A stretch of DNA of 64,000 nucleotides from positions 1,562,540-1,626,539 of the forward strand of contig NW_019091359.1 in NCBI RefSeq assembly GCF_001949145.1, written 5' to 3'. The first letter of the stretch is position 1, and each line of letters opens with the position of its first letter. A model generated the notes under the pieces. The model saw nothing but the letters and a program-made list of their open reading frames with translations. It made no database searches and had not been told where the DNA came from. Shown piece after piece: positions 59,897 to 64,000 of this stretch. This stretch comes from Acanthaster planci (Eukaryota). The position numbers were made by a program, and so were the translations under genes.

Positions 59897-59910
59897 CCAC
59901 TAGGTGGCGC
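59897..59910 (+). promoter_or_regulatory. CTCF consensus-like motif
   Basis: CCACTAGGTGGCGC matches the core CC(A/G)(C/G)(C/T)AG(A/G)(G/T)GGC(A/G)C. Motif match only. Confidence 0.4.
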
Positions 59911-60873
59911 TTTTCATTACGGTACACCATACACCCTGCTCCAGACAACACCCTTACCTTCACCCCCAGTTTTCAGCATTGAAATGAAAGCACCTTGTCC
60001 ATTCTAGGAGAAATTCATTCGTTTCATTGATACGTGTAAGGCTAAATTCTTGATTAATTGACTCCCATGGCTCTGTGAGGAAAGTATTCAGTAAAGAAGT
60101 GATACCGGGTATTGCATGTACTTGAATGCTTCTGAAAGTTTAATAACGAAATGCAACTGCATTGTAGTTAACTAAAATCGCGAACTAAACTATTGTTTTC
60201 GAGCGCGATTGGTAGTTAATAGGCTATTGGTTAACTAAATGTATACGAGCACATCTTGAAATATTTCATGAGAGAACAAAGATCGCGCCTTTGCCCATTT
60301 GCAAAGTCTTGCCAGGTTTTAAAACTAGTGATGATCTACAAAGCCCAACACCAAGAAATCTTGAAGGTAGTCTGGTTCCCTAACCGAACGATATGACAAT
60401 GCTTTATTAAATCGTTGTTTGGGTATCACCCTACGATTAAATTACAAAACATGTCAGGGGTCACCAAGAAGCCCTGTGGAGGCCACGGACGCCATTTTAG
60501 AAAATAAAGTCCGCGGTCTGGGGTGGAAGCTAGTTCGTTCCATTCATTTCATTTTGGGGATGCAATACGAGCAAAGAAGAGCTTCAACAAATTCCAGAAT
60601 TCCATCGCCATAAATACAGTCAGGCAGTAATGCTTTTGAATATGTAATCCGCCAGTCAGGACAAGCGGGCAGAAATTCCCAACCATCCAGGATAGTTTCC
60701 GAATGTGGGCGACACCGAGTTGGGAAAATTTCGGATTTTTTCGGAAAACGATGGAATACCGTACCCTTGAATCGATAGAGATACAGTAGTATTCATCAGG
60801 TCTGGGAACCAAACAATCTCGGAGGAGGCAGTGCCCATTACCTATGAAGGCATAGCGTGTCACTACATCTTAC

Positions 60874-63446
60874 CCTCGTGGCAGACCACGCCCGCATCTT
60901 GAGTGTGGTTACACTGAGTCCTCTCCCAACAAAACGACGGGCAGTCGGTGATCTTACTCTCCGAGCCGGAGCAAGCCACGCCGTCCAAGATCACCTGGCC
61001 CTCACCCTGGCCGAAGTGGGCTCCTGTCGTGGCCTCCTCGGCGTCGGAGAAGCCCAGTTGGCGGCAGAGTACGGAGGCGTCCGTTAGATCCCAGTCGTTG
61101 TCGCAGATCGTACCCCAGTTGCCGTCCTTGTGGACCTCCACGCGGCCACTTGTGCGATTCGGACCACCAACCAACCGAATAGAATCTATCGATTGAGTTT
61201 TAGTTGAACATCCACCATAAATTCCCAGAACACCATTTTTCCGGTCGCGTATTTCGTTGAACATTAAATGACTTCAAACTGTACAATGTATGAATAGAAG
61301 ACTTATTGCGATTCGTCTCTGAAAGACAGTTTTAAAACGAAAGAGCACACATTGTTACAGTTTCGATAATCACCACTGATTTAAAAACCTGTTCATTTTG
61401 CAAAGGAACAGAAAATGGAATTCAACGATTTTGGAAAGACTGGGTCAAAGGTTTCTACAGTAGAAACCTCTGCCTTCTTTATGTAATCGCGCTCCATGAT
61501 TGAGCTTTGCGCAACATTTCCACAAGGCTGCGTCCACAGGTCCATTCTGGTAAAGCTTTACTGGCCGCTTACCTTTTTTTAACGAGATCACATACTTAAC
61601 CACTGATTTCCTTAAAAATTCTGTTTCGTTCTTTCTTACTCGGTTTGCATATGACTCCGGCTTCCCGGGAGTTGTTACACTGGCGAGGGCTGGTACAGAC
61701 GAATGGGCAGTCAGCCAGGCGTTTCTCCGTCCCCTTGCAAGACACCCGGCTCATCACGATGGGTAGCTCGCTCTCGCCGAAGAACGACCCACGCTTGGCT
61801 TCCAGGGCCTCCAAGAAGCCCAGCTGGCTGCAAACGATGGCTGCTCCCTTGAAGTCCCAATCCTCGTCGCACACCGCTCCCCAGGCATCGTGGTGGTAGA
61901 TTTCGACCCGGCCGCTGAGGGCGTCATCGCCATCCACCAAACGCACTATGCCATCTGAAGAAACAAAGGTCGACATTGAGCAATAGTCATTTGTCATACA
62001 CTGGTCAATGCTGCCCGGAAACTTCGCGCACAAATTAAAGTTTGAATATCAGACAAAACTGGCTCTGATCCAACCTGGCGTATTGAAAAGTGAAAACTCA
62101 TTACAGTAGGAGCATACTTAACTACAACTTGGAACTAAAAACTAAATTCAAATTTAGTATAAATCGTACATATTATGGGCATAGCATTTGACAGCAGTTT
62201 ATTTCACCATCTTATTTTTTAGATTCGAATATTGTTGACGGTTGTGATGTTTGGTGCATTTACTTCTTTTGAGGGAAACATGCATGTCACTGCAATGTCC
62301 TCCAATGTGGCAGTCGACAGTTTGGTGCAATGGTGAGAGTATCACCTATAAACCCCACAGCATACACTTCGCCATAACCTTTCCTGCCAGGCAAGAGTTA
62401 CGTAAACAGTTATCTGGAAGGGTGGTGTCTTTGCCATACAGGCAAATGCTCTGCTGAACAAGGTTCGAGCATGACTAGCTGATTTGCCAGTTCCAAAGCT
62501 TCTGATGTCCCACCTCGTCTCTATGGACTACGCTTAACCATGTGGACGAGGCTTCCCGCGGCGTGGTGCAATAGCTTTGCAGTAGCAGACTGGATATGCA
62601 CAGCTACTGGTGAATGATGTAGCCTGTAAGAGAGTTGCTCTAACTGACATGTGATCATCCTCGACCAGTGAAATTATTAAAACCCATTTTACACGAGTGT
62701 GTTCGACTATCATATCATTACCTCTACAACCAAGGATTTCAAATTTGAGTCGGTAGGTCGGTGCACTCCAAGCAGTCGGCAAAATGCGAATGTATCTAGT
62801 CATCAGCACCTCCGGAAACGTGACCGTCACTTGCTGTCCATCCCCCGCATTACCATTCAACTGAAAAAGAGCATTTTTTCGTAAATAGGGTTGTTTCCTT
62901 CCTTTCAGCAACAATCCAATGGCTGCAATGCCCATATAACACCTTCACGGTGGAAAAATGACCGAGTTATTCTGAGGAAATAGCTGTTTCCCTAACTAGA
63001 CAAGTTTTCGAGGCATGTCAGGCTTTAAAACGTGCTTTCCATCTCTTGGGTTTCCCGCCCAGAACTTGAGAAGCCAAAACAGGCAACTACGGCCAAATCC
63101 ATCGAGTGTGCCTTTTAGTCAAGTTATATAGCCCACTTCCCAATTCTCTCCCTACAAATCAGACCTTGGTATAAACTCAAAATGGCCTTTGAACCTCATT
63201 GTCAAGCACACAGTGGCTGGTTCCGAATCCCTGCAAACATTACCTGCAGAGTGTGCCCCTCTGCGTCGATCAGCCCCAGCCAGTCCTCTGACTCGCCAGT
63301 GTTGCTGTATTGTACGGTGAAGGTGGACACGTAGTGCCGCCCCCCGGAGTGGCCCTGGACTATCAGTCCAGTGACGGCCGTAAGGTCGCCAAGGTCCACC
63401 TGAAACCATTGGTTCTGGTGAGGGCGTGGCACCCACCCGTCGGTAC
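60874..63446 (-). CDS. Partial multi-exon gene: discoidin/FA58C domain followed by two SRCR domains (5' end not identified, probably beyond the window; 3' end uncertain)
   Basis: Exons with GT-AG boundaries and compatible phases: 63244-63446 (QWFQVDLG...VTGLIVQG...YVSTFTVQYS), 62722-62860 (TRYIRILPTAW...LKFEILGC), 61640-61954 (VRLVDG...GRVEIYH...WGAVCDEDW...EAGVIC), 60874-61185 (IRLVGG...GRVEV...WGTICDNDW...DAGVVC). Read-through of the last donor gives a stop at 60863. Confidence 0.88.
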
Positions 63447-64000
63447 CTGCCAGGAGAAAGAGTGTCTTTTTCGAGGGAACATCTTGGTATGCGTAATCGT
63501 ATCAGGGAACGCCAAGTGTCTATTTGACCTTGAACAGAGAGAATACTCTGAACGGTCTTACTCCACAGCTAAGAAGTACTATTTGTACCGCAAAACGAGG
63601 GATTTCTCCATCAACAAAAGTCAGAACCTGTAACCCTCTAAAAGTAGATATTTGTTTGGCAGGCAGGATCTCCGTTGTGAGAGATGTCGGTGACAAATAA
63701 CTGCGTTCCAGTGTGAAGTAATACTTTTCATACGTCACACAAACCAACACAGAAAGTGTTCTTACCAACTCCCCCCAAAAAGACTGAACGAATTAAAGTC
63801 ACCATTTTTGCATGAAGATACATAAAAATTGACTTCCTTCAACCGTTGGTGGTTTGTCATTTTGCTGTTTGTGAGTGCGTTTCCCCTCAAAAAGTGGTTT
63901 CCCCTGTCCAGCAACGCTTATGTCGGTGCTAGACAGTGACGAGACTGAAGCAACTACTGATGACATACCAGAATGACTGACTCACCGACATTTAGCCTGG

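Overview
Eukaryotic (intron-containing, about 40% GC) animal genomic DNA. The gene content suggests a marine invertebrate, most plausibly an echinoderm such as a sea star; this is inference, not proof. The window is dominated by a tandem cluster of single-exon rhodopsin-class GPCRs: six intact genes (1987-3231-, 18031-19230-, 28699-29862-, 45558-46844-, 51448-52719-, 56053-57330+) and four decayed copies (about 23.9-25.0, 38.8-39.3, 39.5-40.4 and 41.8-43.1 kb). All six intact receptors lack C3.25, an ECL2 cysteine and W4.50, have very short ECL2 loops and long ICL3 loops, and the youngest paralogs show mosaic similarity consistent with gene conversion. Inside the cluster lies a complete 11-exon secreted/lysosomal arylsulfatase (ARSB/I/J-like, 8479-16463+, 535 aa by my splicing). 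At the right end is part of a discoidin (FA58C) plus two-SRCR gene on the minus strand. There is also a decayed piggyBac transposon (about 33.4-35.3 kb), several MITEs (two with PIF/Harbinger-type TSDs), two minisatellites, a CCAAT motif conserved upstream of four receptor copies, and CTCF-like motifs. No rRNA, tRNA or CRISPR array is supported.
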